64,000 nucleotides of DNA from NCBI GenBank assembly GCA_002633005.1, contig NMRA01000005.1, positions 637,699 to 701,698 on the forward strand. The letters run 5' to 3'. The notes under the pieces were generated by a model. The model was not told the DNA's origin. It saw only the letters and a program-made list of their open reading frames with translations, and did no database searches. Positions within the stretch are counted from its first letter, which is position 1. Each line of letters begins with the position of its first letter. Both the position numbers and the translations under genes were made by a program. Below, piece after piece: positions 11,135-24,871 of the stretch. This stretch comes from Phoronis australis (Eukaryota; Animalia; Phoronida).

Positions 11135-14100
11135 ATGGAGTCGGGTCGCAGTTGTCCGACAGAAATATCTTGTTTATTTCCAGAAATTCTGTCAATGGTG
11201 TTCAGTTATCTTAGTGTTCGAGATAAAGGGGTCGCTGCACAAGTGTGTGTCAAGTGGAGGGATGCATCGTACAACAGGCGAGTATGGAACGGCGTTGAGG
11301 CTAAACTACATCTCCGCCGCTACATTCCCTCTTTGTTCAGAAGTCTTGCCAAGCGAGGAATCCATAAAGTACAAGTTTTAAGCTTGCGGAGAAGCTTGCG
11401 AGACGTGGTGCAGGGTTTACCCAAGTTGAACAGTTTGAATCTCAGTGGTTGTTACAATCTCACTGATAGCGGAATAGGTGATGCCTTGATGCAAGAAATC
11501 CCTACAATAACAGTCCTAAATTTGAGTTTGTGTAAAAAGATCACAGACAACACACTTGGGAGTATAACACAGTATTTGAAAAACCTGCAAGTATTAGAAC
11601 TAGGTGGATGCAGCCACATTACAGACAATGGCTTGTTGTTGATATCGTTTGGCTTACACAAGTTGAAGACCCTCAATGTGCGCAGCTGTCGACATATATC
11701 TGACCTTGGAATACGCCACCTAGCGGGAAATGGACAAGTAACAGGATGTGGGGCTCTGGCAATAGAACACTTAGGTTTGTATTGCTAACTTGGTCTATTT
11801 TGGACCAGTGCACTGACCACCAGAAGTTGGTAGTCTAAGCAGGAACTCATCTAAGATTTGAATTGTGGAGGGTCCAAATTCGCGAGATTGGCACTCGCCA
11901 CCTACGGGTATTCCGCATGAGGTATTCCCCCCCAAAAAACATGGCTGCCAGTATTTGTCGATCGTCAGTAAGACATTTATGGAAAAAATGGATTGTAGTA
12001 GCCTAGCTGAGATCTCGATGTCTGAATATTTATCGAACTAAAGAGAACTATAGGTTTTAGTAAAATTTACGAATCGGAAATGTTAAAATTCTTTGTTACG
12101 GCCATCGTTTTTTGCTGAGGTTGTTTTTGAACGAACCGTCTTTTTTTCTCTTGGCCGTGCCATCCAAGTCTTCGTTTTCCAAAACTGGTCTCTAGATGAG
12201 TCCCTGACCAGACATATGAAGTTTGGTTTAAGTGGTCAGTCTCAGGCTTTCGTATTATTTGGTCTCTGTAGACTAGTTATACAACGGTGACTCAACAGGG
12301 CCACATAGCATGTTCTTCCAGAACTATTCTTATCAGGGGAATCTTTCAGACACTTAAGCAGTGGCTTTCATACTATTATCTTAGCTGTAAACACATGTGG
12401 CCAGAACAACAACAAACATCTACTTCAAGATTTTACAAATTCCCCTGCCAACATTGCCAACATTCGGTGTCTGTGCTACTAAGTGTGCGTCAACCTGTGC
12501 TCATGTTGATGCTTGCATCAATTAAAACATTCAAACAGTTGGGCAGGCTCTGAGTTTCTATTGATTTATTGGTGTTGTTAACACATGTACTTGGTAAACA
12601 TGTCAAAGCCATTTGGTGAAGTGTCTGATGTAAGTTGACCTAGTTTGACTTGATGTGGGGGCAGTTTTAGATATTTTGCAGTGCCTAATAGGTCCCACTT
12701 AAGTTTTTTAAACGTATCAGAAAAGTAGGAGGTAATTGCCAACTTGTTGCATAGCCCTGCATGTGAAATACCAGCAAAAGTAAACTCCCACTGTTCAGTA
12801 CCAGCTTAAAGCACCATGACGACAAAGAAAGTGCGACAAATATTCACCTTGCTTCTTATCTCATAAAACAGAAATATAAAATTGAATGTTGTTTTTGGTT
12901 TCATGGATTACTTAATTTTGAAAAGAGATGATTTTGCATTGTTATGTAGTATTTTTACAAAATCATGTTTCTCTACAGTTCATACTAAGACTGAATTTTG
13001 AAACTAGGTTGACGATCCTCTCGGCTTTCCGGCCATCGCTAAAATAGATCTACCATCAACAAGAAATTTACTGTGCAAAAAGTGCATTGTTAGTGTATTT
13101 GTAAATATTCCATGTGCACCTCAACATTGGTCGGACGTGCCGCCAGCAGTTTATAAATGTCAACAAACCTTTGAATGGAAATACTTTTGACGAATCTTAT
13201 TGGCTGTTGCTTGTGCATTTCTCACGTTTTAACGAATACTCATGACAAGTTGTATGTACTGTTTTTTTATGTTTACATATAGGTCTGCAAGACTGACTCA
13301 ACACACCATTGGTGGTATATGTACTGTATGGCTAAGTTTACACAGGTTTACAAGACTGTCAGAAGCTGACAGACCTGGAATTCAGACACATCATTAGTGG
13401 TACCAGACAGTACATATACGGTATATGTACTGTCTGGTTATGTTTACACAGGTTTACAAGGCTGTGCACAGCTGACAGATCTGGCCTTCAGACACAGTAT
13501 TGATGGTACATGTGCTGTCTGGTTATGTTTACACAGGTTTACAAGACTTGGACGCTGACAGACCTGGCCCTCAATCGCACCACTATATATACTGTCTGGT
13601 TATGTTTACACAGGTTTACAAGACTCAGACGCTGACAGACCTGGCCCTCAGTCGCACCACTATATATACTGTCTGGTTATGTTTACACAGGTTTACAAGA
13701 CTGTCAGAAGCTGACAGACCTGGCCCTTCGACACATCAGTGAAGGCATGCAACATGTGAAGAGTATTAATCTGAGTTTCTGCGCCAGTATCTCCGACACC
13801 GGCCTCAAATACCTGTCCAAGGTACCCTACCTCAGTCAACTTAACCTACGCAGCTGTGTGAATATCTCAGACGTGGCACTGAGCTACCTCTCAAACAGCG
13901 GTTCTCGCATTACAAGTCTGGACATAAGTTTCTGTGAAAAGATCAGCGACCAGGGACTGACGTACATATCACAAGGCATGTACAACCTTCATAGTCTCAG
14001 TATGTCATCATGCAATGTGTCCGATGAAGGTGTTGGTAAACTGATACCAGCTGTGCATGACTTGAGGACGTTAAATGTGGGTCAGTGTGCCAGGATAACT

Positions 14101-14256
14101 GATAACAGTCTCAGTCTCATTGCTGACCACTGTCTGAATCTGCACACTGTTGACCTGTATGGCTGTAGTAAGGTGACCAAGGCAGGTATAAGCAAGCTGC
14201 GACAACTGAAGTCATTGGTGAATATCAACCTGGACCTGTGGAATGTTGCTGTTTAA
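11135..14256 (+). CDS. FBXL14: F-box/LRR-repeat protein 14 (Ppa ortholog); exons 11135-11774 and 13691-14256
   Basis: F-box ISCLFPEILSMVFSYLSVRDKGVAAQVCVKWRDASY followed by Cys-containing LRRs. The phase-1 splice restores EHLG|LQDCQKLTDLALRHISEG, and the protein ends INLDLW. About 401 aa. Confidence 0.95.
13252..13740 (+). repeat. Six degenerate tandem copies of the FBXL14 intron 3' end plus exon-2 start
   Basis: Unit tactgtctggttatgtttacacAG|gtttacaagactgtcagaagctgacagacctgg, with AG ending at 13282, 13345, 13451, 13536, 13613 and 13690. Confidence 0.92.
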
Positions 14257-15350
14257 CTCACCTCTTCATCACCCATATTTTGACATTTGAAATTTTTTTT
14301 TATGCGTCCACATATACATATGTGGTCACATATTGTCATTATCTCTGTCTAGGGTTTTGCGTCCCCTACTGTATCTCTTAAACACCTGGCAGGATCTAGC
14401 ATGATGTATTTTATGCCACCTGATAGCCATTTTTTCTGTTTTATGGGTTGTTTTTTGCATCCACTTCTTTGTCAGCCTGTTGCATAACAACCTGGTTGAA
14501 AACCACGACCAAATGAAGAACTTTAAAATTTTTATGTATAAATTTTATTGAATACTGCAATTCGTTGTCTTAATTTAATAAATTATTCAAACATAAATCG
14601 AGGTCACAGGCTGTTTACTGTTTTTTTACCATGGATGTCACACTGGTGATCGGCAAATACCGACAGTCATGTTTTTCGGGATAATACCTTTCTGTCATGT
14701 GATGCCAGGGTATTCTCTAATACGGAATCCACGAACCCAGTGTCGATCTCACGAATTTGGACCCCCATTTTTTAATCCTAGATGAGACCGTGGACGCCAC
14801 TTTCCATTTTTGAATGTAATCCATGTTTTTGCACCACTGTAGCGCTGTTTTTCAGTCCGTTTTTTTTGCACGGGCCTCTTTGTCGGCCAAAACACCCTAA
14901 CGATGATTATAGGAAGAAGACGAATGATGATTTTTGGATAGCTGTGACTACTGTGGTGCCTCCCAGTGGCAGATTCTATTAAAGAGACGATAACACCTCA
15001 ACTCATTGTACGTTACCTAGTGGCCAATTTAATTACTTTTTCTCCGCCTCTCTATTGGCCAAACCTCTCAAAGTACCATTATGAAAACTGGAATGTGTTT
15101 TTTTTCAGAGGAAGTTTATGTCCGACATTTTATGACAGGTCCAACTGCTGTGGTACCTTTACCGTAATTACGGTAACTTAGTTTTTCTTTAAGTTACTGT
15201 CACATTGACGACAGCACAAGCCCTGCTTGTGATGGATTTGACCTATGCTGCCTCCTAGTGGTTTTTGTATATGTTTTTGTTAAGTTCCTTGTTGTCTGTT
15301 TCCCTATCCTCCAAACTGCGTAAGGAACCCTGGTGAAGAGTGGCAGTTGT

Positions 15351-15405
15351 GTGTATTGAGGGGTGCATTGAGGGGTGCATTGAGGGGTGCATTGAGGGGT
15401 GCATT
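15351..15405. repeat. 12-bp tandem repeat (gtgcattgaggg) x4
   Basis: Directly visible. Confidence 0.85.
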
Positions 15406-15937
15406 GCTGACGTGCTTTGCACACCCTAGATTCTATTTTAAGTTCACTAGTATTTCTCCCTCTAGTGGAAATGTTTAAAATAATGGTCATCCTTGTAGTT
15501 GTGCCAAATGCGATGCACATAGTCAGGTTTCTGTAAGGAAAGGACGAGTGCTCAGGTTCGAAATGTTCTGCGCCACCTAGTGACCATATTTATGATTTGT
15601 GGTGCAATCCTGGTCGCATTTCAACACATTACTCATGTTTGATAATTCTGCGTTTCACTTGTATGAATATTGAATTGACTTTTCTCGACACATAGGTTAG
15701 TACACAGATTTTCATAATTGCCTGTTTATATTTGTTGAAATTGCATATAATTATAATATCAATTTGCGTGAATATGGTCTTGTCGACGAAGATATTCATC
15801 ATTTGTTTGGCCAAAAAAGCGTATTTGGTTCTGGTTTGTTTTTTGAAAATAACGATTTTGGTGTAGTATTTTTAGTTGGTCGTTTTTCAAAAAAGAAAAT
15901 CCACCTGAGATGAGTAAAAATGATGCCGTATTTGTAT

Positions 15938-16180
15938 TTTGCTCATCACTTGACATCATGCTATTTCACTACTTTGCTCATCTCTTGACATCATGCTATT
16001 TCACTACTTTGCTCATCACTTGACATCATGCTATTTCACTACTTTGCTCATCTCTTGACATCATGCTATTTCACTACTTTGCTCATCTCTTGACATCATG
16101 CTATTTCACTACTTTGCTCATCTCTTGACATCATGCTATTTCACTACTTTGCTCATCACTTGACATCATGCTATTTCACT
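15938..16180. repeat. 35-bp minisatellite, about 7 nearly identical copies
   Basis: Unit gctcatc(a/t)cttgacatcatgctatttcactacttt starting at 15941, 15976, 16011, 16046, 16081, 16116 and 16151. Confidence 0.95.
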
Positions 16181-18528
16181 GTCTTGCTTACTGTTGTTCA
16201 TTTGCGTTTGTGCAGCTTTTCAAAAAAAAGAAAAGTTGGCTGAAATTGATATGGGCAGACGTCTTTTAGTCCCTGACTGCAGGTCTCAAAATGAATGGGG
16301 TGAAAACCAGAACCAGCTTTGCTTTGTTTGGCCTAGTATGACGAGTATGGATGTTGTGAGAGAAATGATGGCTGGACTTCAAATGGGGGTCTGGCATAAG
16401 GAGAAAACAAAGACATGCATGAAGTCAAAATATGATTTATAATAAGGAATACTTAAAATTGTGTGTCACAATAAAAAAAAATATGTTATTGTCACAAAAT
16501 TGTACTCAACTTGGAACACTGCATGTTGAAAGAACGTTATTTAGAAACATGTTTGGGGTAATTATGCTTCAGTTTATTACTTTTCAATGAGAATGAAGCT
16601 AGAGTACTTGTATGGTCTGTGCACTTACGATCATGTTTTTGTCGCTGGTTTGACGACATTGAAAAATAAAAAAAGTTAAATATTATGTATTTTCTTGTTT
16701 TAGATACATAGGTCAAATCACTTGTGCTTTGTAATGCGTTTTGTGCTCAAAAACAAGGTGCCTGATCACTTGTGTTTTGTAAACTAGGTGGCGCTGCCGT
16801 CCATCGCTTGCTTATTTTCCTTGGATAACAAGAAACAGTTTACCAAAGCATTTCCCTTGTGGTTTGTTCCTCAATTTCTTTCCTCAAATATATTGTGACT
16901 TCTGAGTTTCTTTGCGCCGGTAACGTTCTTCACTGACAAACAGTCTGCAGCGTCCCCTGGGAGTAGCTACACAGATAAGTAACTGTTGTGGAAAGTGAGC
17001 ATCTGTGTACCATTTTGACCACTCTCCCATGACTCTCACAATCTTTGAAAGCTAATAATGTGCCAGTATTAATGGTGCATATTTTTGTGTTACAGCTATA
17101 GGGTCGCTTTAGTAAAAGGGGGGTCACCAAGGAAACCATGGCAGTGGACCCATTCATCAATCATTGGGGTTCAGTGAAATTTTAACTGAATGGCCTGGAA
17201 ATTCGTATATTTAGTGTTTAATTTTGTTTCTTAAATCGCAATAAAATAATTTATGAAATCTACTCACTGAAATTTACATCAAAAATTTGAATTCTTGCAT
17301 CGAGTTGAAGTTACATTTATTGACAATTCTCGTTTGAACTCTTACGATTTTGAAAATTTTCTTAGCTTGGTACAAATTTGAAGAAGTTTTGCAATTCAGT
17401 TCCTCAAAATCAAGACGAACAGTGTTGTTCGAAGTGACGAAATTTCGTTTCTCGGACTAACGAACGGAATATGCATTCTCACCATTTGGTTGGCCCAGTG
17501 CGTTTTTGTCACAACATGCACGCTTGCCCTTGTTCTGCTGCATATGAAAATGCCCGGAAATGATGTTACTGCGTGACAAACAAAAGCGAATTCAGAGGGG
17601 TCTATGAAGCCCAAGCATCCGTCCCCTTTGTATCCGAAGCGGTAAATAAAGCCACGGGCAGCGTTCGAAATACACCGGGTGTCCCGGAGCCAGTGGATTT
17701 GAGACCGAGCCAGTAAACTTTTACAAATAGGCCTGATGTGGATGTGGTCTCGTGTTTAGTAACTGGCCCAGAGGGCCAGCACATTTATTTGCTGAACCTC
17801 GAACACTGGCCACGGGAAAACGTTTTTTTTTTTAACTTCGATAGGCAGTCGGGAGTGGTGAACGCGACACCAAATAATTTCATCATTTCCAAAACCTATC
17901 TGTCTATTAGCACCAACCTATAGCCTATTTACACTGGCTTGTTCTTGATGTTGCAAGGGCACATCGAATCAAGATCACCGGAATAAGAAATATACTTTCA
18001 AAAATCCAGATTGAAGTGATCGCAGCATGTTCTAAGCGTTCCTTCTTTTTGGCTTGTTCCTATTTTTAACCCAAAATTGCGTACTGTTTAGTCCCATTTC
18101 TCTGGACGTTCATGTAATGTTGTCTTTCTCGAATGACGAGTAGTCATTGTAGATCACTATAGACCAGAAAGCTATTTTCACCACCTTAGGCAACGTTTGA
18201 CCATCAGTCCTAGTAAAGAGTTATTAACGGCATTACTAAAATGCCTGAACTTTTTCCTAGGGTGGCTCTCCAAATGGTTGGGATGTTTTTGCCAACTGGG
18301 ATGGGTAATTTGCCTTGCCAGGTATTGTCATAGTTGGTACCAGTGGTATGCTCTTGGGTTGGTAACGAATCCTCTCATTTTTTGCAAGACGCCCGAAAAA
18401 ATACTGTAGCGTGGTATTGGTAAACTGCAAGTTAAGTCATGGTGCAGACGACATTTTGGTTGATTTCTTAAAGTCAGCGTAAAACTGTTTAATGACTTAC
18501 GAACATGTTAAATACATGTATCATTGAT

Positions 18529-18683
18529 CAGGAGCGAATCCAGGATTTTGAGTTAGGGAGGGCCATGACAGCGAATTAGCCAGGATTTTGGCCGTCAGAC
18601 ATTCGCACCCTCGAACCGCCAAATGTAATCTGAGAGAATTTTAGGGGGGTATGACCCCCTGGCCCCCTCTAAATCCGCCACTG
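18529..18683. mobile_element. MITE family A
   Basis: TIRs with perfect 5-bp TSD ttgat. Confidence 0.88.
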
Positions 18684-19379
18684 TTGATCAACACAAACGT
18701 ATCATCCCTTCGTTAACTCCTGAAATTAACCAACTACGCTAATTACTATCGTGCTATCCAGGCATAATTGAAGTAAAATTTTGTCTTTTAAGCATAACTA
18801 CAATTCCTCAAGTTTTCAGGATTGAGTTGTATTGAATGAATGTATTTACAGTACAAATTTGTAACAGTCTTTAAAGTTTGGGACCCAAAAATTGAATTCC
18901 CTTTATTCTGAAGATTGGGACATGGACGATGTTGGTGTTTATCAAGTTTGTGCAATTTCTGTTCCCGCGAGATTTATGTTCAGACGAGGATAAACGTTAT
19001 TTCCAAAAACTTGAACATTTTAAGAAAAGATGGGCTTTGGCTGTTGAAAATTAAATTTTGTTTGCATAAAACTAGGTAGCAAATTTGGGCTAAAAATTTA
19101 ATGTATTGTTTTATGATTGTATTGATATTCCCTTATATTCGGACACTGCTGCTGGTTGTTAGAATGAAATGTGGTGGCCTTCAGTACTGCCAGTAAAGTT
19201 ATTATATTGAATGTTTTACATGTTTAGAATTGTATTTTGTTGCACCACGTCAGATATAGGGTTCCATGCTTAAGGAATTTCACAGTCTAAAATACTTCCC
19301 AATAACTAAGGATAACGCCCTTATAAAACCTGGATGCTGATGGTCAGTGAAGTATTTACCAATAAATACGCATGGCTCA

Positions 19380-22300
19380 TCAGTCAGTCAACAGGTCAAG
19401 ATAATTTTGTAGGTGTCTAGGTATGTCTAGCTTAAAAATGTCTGGTGGCAAGTGTCCGCTATCAAACAATGTCTTTCTTAAGATGACGCGACAACATTGA
19501 CGCAGGGTCGCCGGCTGGCTGTGGGCTGACAGTGGTAGCAGATGAATCGTGTCTCTGGATACGACATAGCCCTTGGCATAGAACCCTTTGGATAGCTGCC
19601 GCTCGACGGCGTCGTAGTCGCCAATTTCTATACTAAGCGTCGTAACGGTGCGCAGACAATGACGCAAGGCTTTCTTGGGTATGTATTCCGCCATGTTGTG
19701 TTGCGAATTTCTGTATAGTGGGTGGTTTTCCAGCATGAGTTGCCTTGCTAGTTGTTTAAAGACAAGCTGTAAAGTATATATGCAATGGTTTTATTTCATT
19801 TCGCCGTCACATTAATTGTCTGGTAGTGACTGCACACTTTGAAAAGAGAGAAAATAGCGTTTTAAACCATCCGCGGTGGTCATAACAAAAACCGCGTATA
19901 TTTCTAGGCCTATCCATTAAATGAAAAAAAACAAAGCGGTTTTCATTGTACTTTATTTCAGAAAGTGTATTGACAAGCTAAACAGTCAAGTCATGATCTG
20001 GACATATTTTGAAAACTTGTGTGGCTTTTTCCATAATTGTTTTTGAAATGTTTGACATATTACCTGTTTTACTTTCAGCTGTTTTACTAGTAAAATCTGG
20101 ATAACGTCGTAAACGATTATACGTCGATCAAATTGCTTTTCGATTGAAAAACTTTGGCCTGCTACAAAATTTTGCACTCGCTAGTACCATAGGAAAAGCC
20201 TCGCGATATCTCGTGCGATTTCAGTGGAATTTACCATCACCATGTGCACCCCCCCCGCCATTTGTCGAATTGGGCAAGCAAAAAGGTACGTCTCAGAGAA
20301 AGAAAAAGTCCGAGAAAACGAGACAAAAGTCCAAAGGATACCGGCGCGAATGCACAATTCACAGGTCTGAACCTAGTACCTTGTTTGTTGTTTTTTTAGT
20401 CCTCGTTTTCTTTTTTCAGTAAAAGGTCTACATACCGAAAAAGTCGAGCTGCCCTATATTCTAGGTTGGATGCACACATGTTTATCATTGCTTATCTTTG
20501 ATTGCGCCAAGTTTTTATAGTGAAGGACTCTTTCATTTACTAATTCTAAATTGACGCCTTGGGTCTGTTTCACGTGACTTTTAAGTCTTAAAAGACTTAA
20601 AGACGCCTGGAACGCGATAAACAGACTAAATTGCAATGTTGAAAATGGTTCTCTGCCACTGTAACAGAATTCAACCTGCTGAGCAGGTAATTTTAGGATT
20701 TGTTCGTATAGTATTATTTACTTTCTGTTTATATCAAAACATTTTCTTTTAGTTTCAAATTTCAAAAAAACGATCTGTCGCCAGTTCGTCGAGTTTTTTT
20801 CCCACAAGGCAAAGCATGTGTCTTTATTTGGTATGACAAGACATGGACGTAGCACATTTCCCTTATATGGAAAATGTGACCTTTGACCTCGAGCGACTTC
20901 AAACACCAAACTGTAAGCGCATTTACGCATTTATCATAACTGGGAGGGAGATTAGCAACTGTGATAACCCCAGACATTTTCAAAAACGTATTTCAAAAAT
21001 CGTAAATTTTGTGATTTTTTTGTGGATATTCCCTCACATGGGAAAGTGAATTGCTCTGTACCAGACATTGCGAGATGGTACTTCGTCAGGAATTGTTTAA
21101 AAGATATTTTTGATGAGCTTTCTCGTCCCATGCCTTATTAACACAGAAATTTGTTATTACGCTCCCATTTGACAATTGCTGAAAAAAGCTTCGCCAAGTA
21201 ATTATGAGTGCATCAAATTATAGTAATAATTTATAAAACAAATTTCCGTTACTAACAGCTTTAAGTGTTCTGAGTTTTTGAACTTTTTCTCAGGTGGGAT
21301 ATTATTGTGTGGAGCGTAAGACCAGATTTCGGTCCTTAGTCTTAAAACACTTTAACGAAACTATACGCTGGATGATTCTAGACAAGGTGGATGTTGCATT
21401 ACTTGTAAGGATATACTTTAACAGTCTAGTAGGACTTAGTGTATTGAGCTAAATTGCAACACTGGCCCTGTACTTGCATTTATTCGATCATGTAATAAAC
21501 TTCTTTTCGGAAAATGTAATGAAAAATACTGGACAGAGCACACAAATAATCCCCGATTTGAGGCACTAACATGTTCAATGAATAGGCGCCTGCGCTTACA
21601 AATGATGTTTACATGCAGGCACCGATGAGTAGTTTTCATTGGAAAAGTATTATTTTCAATATACATGTAGGCTCTATAATCCAATTAAATATTGGCAACA
21701 AAACGCGAGCCATTTTTAATTTCACTTGAACCGCTTACTCTCCAACTCGGCGTCGTAAACGTCATGGTACTCATTGTGAAGGACACTAAACGGGATCAAG
21801 TGATTAGAATTCAGATTTGTACTAATTTTTGCAGCTGTGATCTAAGTTTAAATTTGTTAGGACATGACTTGTTCTATCTCTGAAAGTGTACAAGTGTCTT
21901 TAGGTTTGACGCTGCGTCCTTGGTGACTGTATGCATTCTTTCATTTCGTAATGTTGGACCCCTTCTCAGGGTTCTTAGCCTTTGGCACCTGAGAACTTAG
22001 AGCAAATACAGACGCGACATTTAAGGGTAGACAGGCCTACCTGAAGCACTGGGCCTGTCGGTGAAGCATTATATCGCAGTAATAAGAGTCCCAAATCCTC
22101 CATCTGATACGAGTATGCGAGAAACAGCATAGATGACCATCCAAGTCTAGATCTCAGTCTGGTCTCTCTGATGTCTTGATCATTTATTTCCCACAAAGAA
22201 ATGCCCCGAAACCACACGTGAAGATCGATGTAGGGATACATTTGCAAACCGCCGTAAACAGTCCATTTAACGATGTCTGCAAATTAAATATGAGCTGATA

Positions 22301-24436
22301 GAGCTTGATTGATTTCCACTTTATTGTTAGACGGAACTGATTCGCCAAGGCAGTTTTTTATAACGTCAAATACACCTAATGTCAAACTCAACGCCTTTCA
22401 AGTCTCATGTTAACGAAATTCATATTTGCTTTGAAGCATTTTTTCAGCAGCGACTTTTCCTAGTTGGCTAAAGACCGAAGTAACCCAGATGAAATATGTC
22501 AAAAAGTCACCCGTACACTATTACCACTCCACTACCACTAACACTAACACTACCACTAACACTATACCACTACCACTAACGCTACCACTAACACTACCAC
22601 TAACACTACCACTAATACTACCACCACCACTGACACTACCACTACCACTACCATTAACACTATACAACTACCTCTACCACTAACACTACTACTACCACTA
22701 ACACTACCACTAACACTAACACTACCACTAACACTACCACTAACACTACCACTAACACTAACACTACCACTAACACTATACCACTACCACTAACACTACT
22801 ACTAATACTACCACCACCACTACCACTACCATTAACACTATACCACTACCTCTACCACTAACACTACTACTATTATTTTCACTACTTCTAGGTGTGTCAT
22901 AAAATGGTAGCCATTTTCGAAGTTCAGCGAACATTACCACACCACGACAAACCGTTACAAGACATTACGGATGAAGATACACCCAAAATTTGCAAAATGC
23001 CGTTATGTGAAGGTCATTTTAAGGATTATTTGTTCGATTGAAATTCTCCTCGAGTGCTCTTACCTCGCCTCCTCGATCTTGCATGTATTTTCTCGAATGT
23101 ACAATAAATGTGAAGAAAATGTAAATAAACGACCACACCGTCTGAGAAAATGTGTCGACGGAACCCTCTCGGTTACCTTTACTTTCAAGTTAACTACGTA
23201 GTAATGGTAACAGTATAGGGTAGGTGTTTTTGAAATTTTACATCTCGGCCAGGTGTGACTGGGGTATTACTAGACAATATCATCATGTCAACTGATCTCA
23301 GTAGAGACGGTGACCATCCCATGATTCCCATGCCATAGGTCCTCCATACGCGGTAAGCTTTTCGACTAATTATGCCTCAAGCTGATTACTGAAACCATTA
23401 AAGTCATGTTGCTATGAGCATACATGTAGAGGGAGACCTTAGGAGTTCGTTGATGTCTTTAACTCTTCCCGGCTCGAATAAATACTTCCGCAATCAAACG
23501 TTTTTCGAATAGTTCTTCGTTCATTTGTACAAACCGGCAACTGCATGGCCATTTACACTGCTCGCGCCAAGCGATATGACGTCATAAATCGTCAAAAAGC
23601 TTCCGTTGCAAGGAGAGCCTATGGAATATCCATCATCTCTACGGCGGCCATTTGAGACGGTTATATTGCCTATACTGAAATTCCTTAGATCGTCAACATT
23701 GTTCCAAGTGATCAACACTACCGTTATCTTGTTGATAAAATGAAAAACTATAACAACAATCAGCCCAGTATGAAAACAATTTTTTCACAAGCTGTCTTCT
23801 TTTTCCGAGCTCACCTTTGAATTCATTTAAGTCGATTTTCAAATTTGCCACCATACTGAGAAAATATTCGACAGTAGCTAGATGCATCTCTCTAAATATT
23901 TTCATCCCGTCGATAAATCTAAACCAAAAAGAGTTGACGACTAGCTCTTCCGGTACAAATGCCTGTTCTTCGACACATCCGGTAATCCAGAACAGTTCTG
24001 TAAAGAGTCTCTGGACAAGAGAAGAGTCCCGTATATTGAATTTGTAGCTAACGTATCGAGCAAAGTGCAACGCTTGCCAGCTCACTGTTCGATCATGACT
24101 GTGCCTGTTACGATTGGCGTACTCAACAATGTCCTTGATCACTTGAACGGGAGTTAGGTCTCTTAGTCCAATCATAATGCATAGTTTCCGTTCAATGTTT
24201 CTAAAAGTCTGTTCCTGATCTTGATAATCGACAAAGCTTTCAGCTATTCGGTACTCATTGAGAAGTTTGTCCAGTACATTTTGACACTCGCTTCGAACAG
24301 AACAAATGCATGGACTTTGAAAAGGACTTCGCATTAAATTGATTGAATCTGTGGTAGCTTCGTGTTCGACTGCAGATAGGCACAAGCAGTGTCTGCGTGT
24401 AAATTCGCGCGCTCTTTGCAGAAACGAAGGTATCAT
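19380..24436 (-). CDS. SOCS-box protein, ASB17/STOPS-like, about 414 aa; exons 24436-23815, 22276-22041, 19766-19380
   Basis: Donor AAG|GTGAGC after 23815, acceptor ttgcag before 22276, donor CAG|GTAGGC after 22041, acceptor ttacag before 19766. Phases 1 and 0 are consistent (1245 nt total). C-terminal SOCS box PATLRQCCRVILRKTLF...LPPDIFKLDIPRHLQNYLDL. Family assignment is from recalled similarity only. Confidence 0.8.
20240..20452. mobile_element. MITE family B, partial
   Basis: Shared core agaaaaagtccgagaaaacgagacaaaagtcc with 53874-54131 and 63090-63230. Confidence 0.6.
22514..22873. repeat. Low-complexity (ACCACTAACACT)n microsatellite-like tract in intron 1 of the SOCS-box gene
   Basis: Directly visible A/C/T-rich repeat almost devoid of G. 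Confidence 0.95.
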
Positions 24437-24871
24437 TCTGAATTCTATAAACAGATCTCTTTGGTACTTTATTCATTTTCAATGTCTGCAGAGACTTCAG
24501 TTCGTTTCACAGTGGAGCAACACATGTCAAAAAATGCTGCTGCTGGTGCACTTTTAAAATCTTGCTGTTCATTGCTTGCTCAAACATTTCTACTTAAAGT
24601 GTGGAAAAGAAAGGGACCCCATCAACCCACCCCAAAAATAAAGGTCACGTGGTCTAAATGTGGAACTACACCGAGTCTACCTCATTTCATTATGACGTAG
24701 AGAGAAGACTGCGTCTGTGAGAAAAATCGATTTCAACAATCCACATAAAGTACATTATGTGAGATCTTATTCGCGTTATATTTCTATGATAAACGCAATG
24801 TACATGATTAAAATGTGGACTTATTTTAAAGGTTTATTCTATAACTGGTTGTAACGAGGTCAAGAGCGTAA
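24437..24871. promoter_or_regulatory. Candidate bidirectional promoter between the SOCS-box gene and KLHL10-like
   Basis: Divergent start codons about 435 bp apart. Contains ggtcacgtgg (24643-24652) and a CRE-like tgacgta (about 24693). Confidence 0.5.

Noticed and set aside
13252-13740. Repeat plus variable-spacer pattern resembling a CRISPR array
   Set aside because: The repeats are copies of the FBXL14 acceptor and exon start, the intervening parts are homologous to each other, there are no cas genes, and the context is eukaryotic.
15938-16180. 35-bp repeats as a CRISPR array
   Set aside because: Head-to-tail units with no unique spacers.
22489-22683. Pro/Leu/Thr-rich ORF
   Set aside because: It is a translation of a microsatellite tract inside an intron.
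23521-23814. TGA at the end of the 247-aa ORF as selenocysteine/readthrough, or a frameshift into the 23521-23718 ORF
   Set aside because: A strong donor AAG|GTGAGC at 23815 joins in phase to the next exon, so this part is intron. An in-frame TAG also follows shortly after the TGA.
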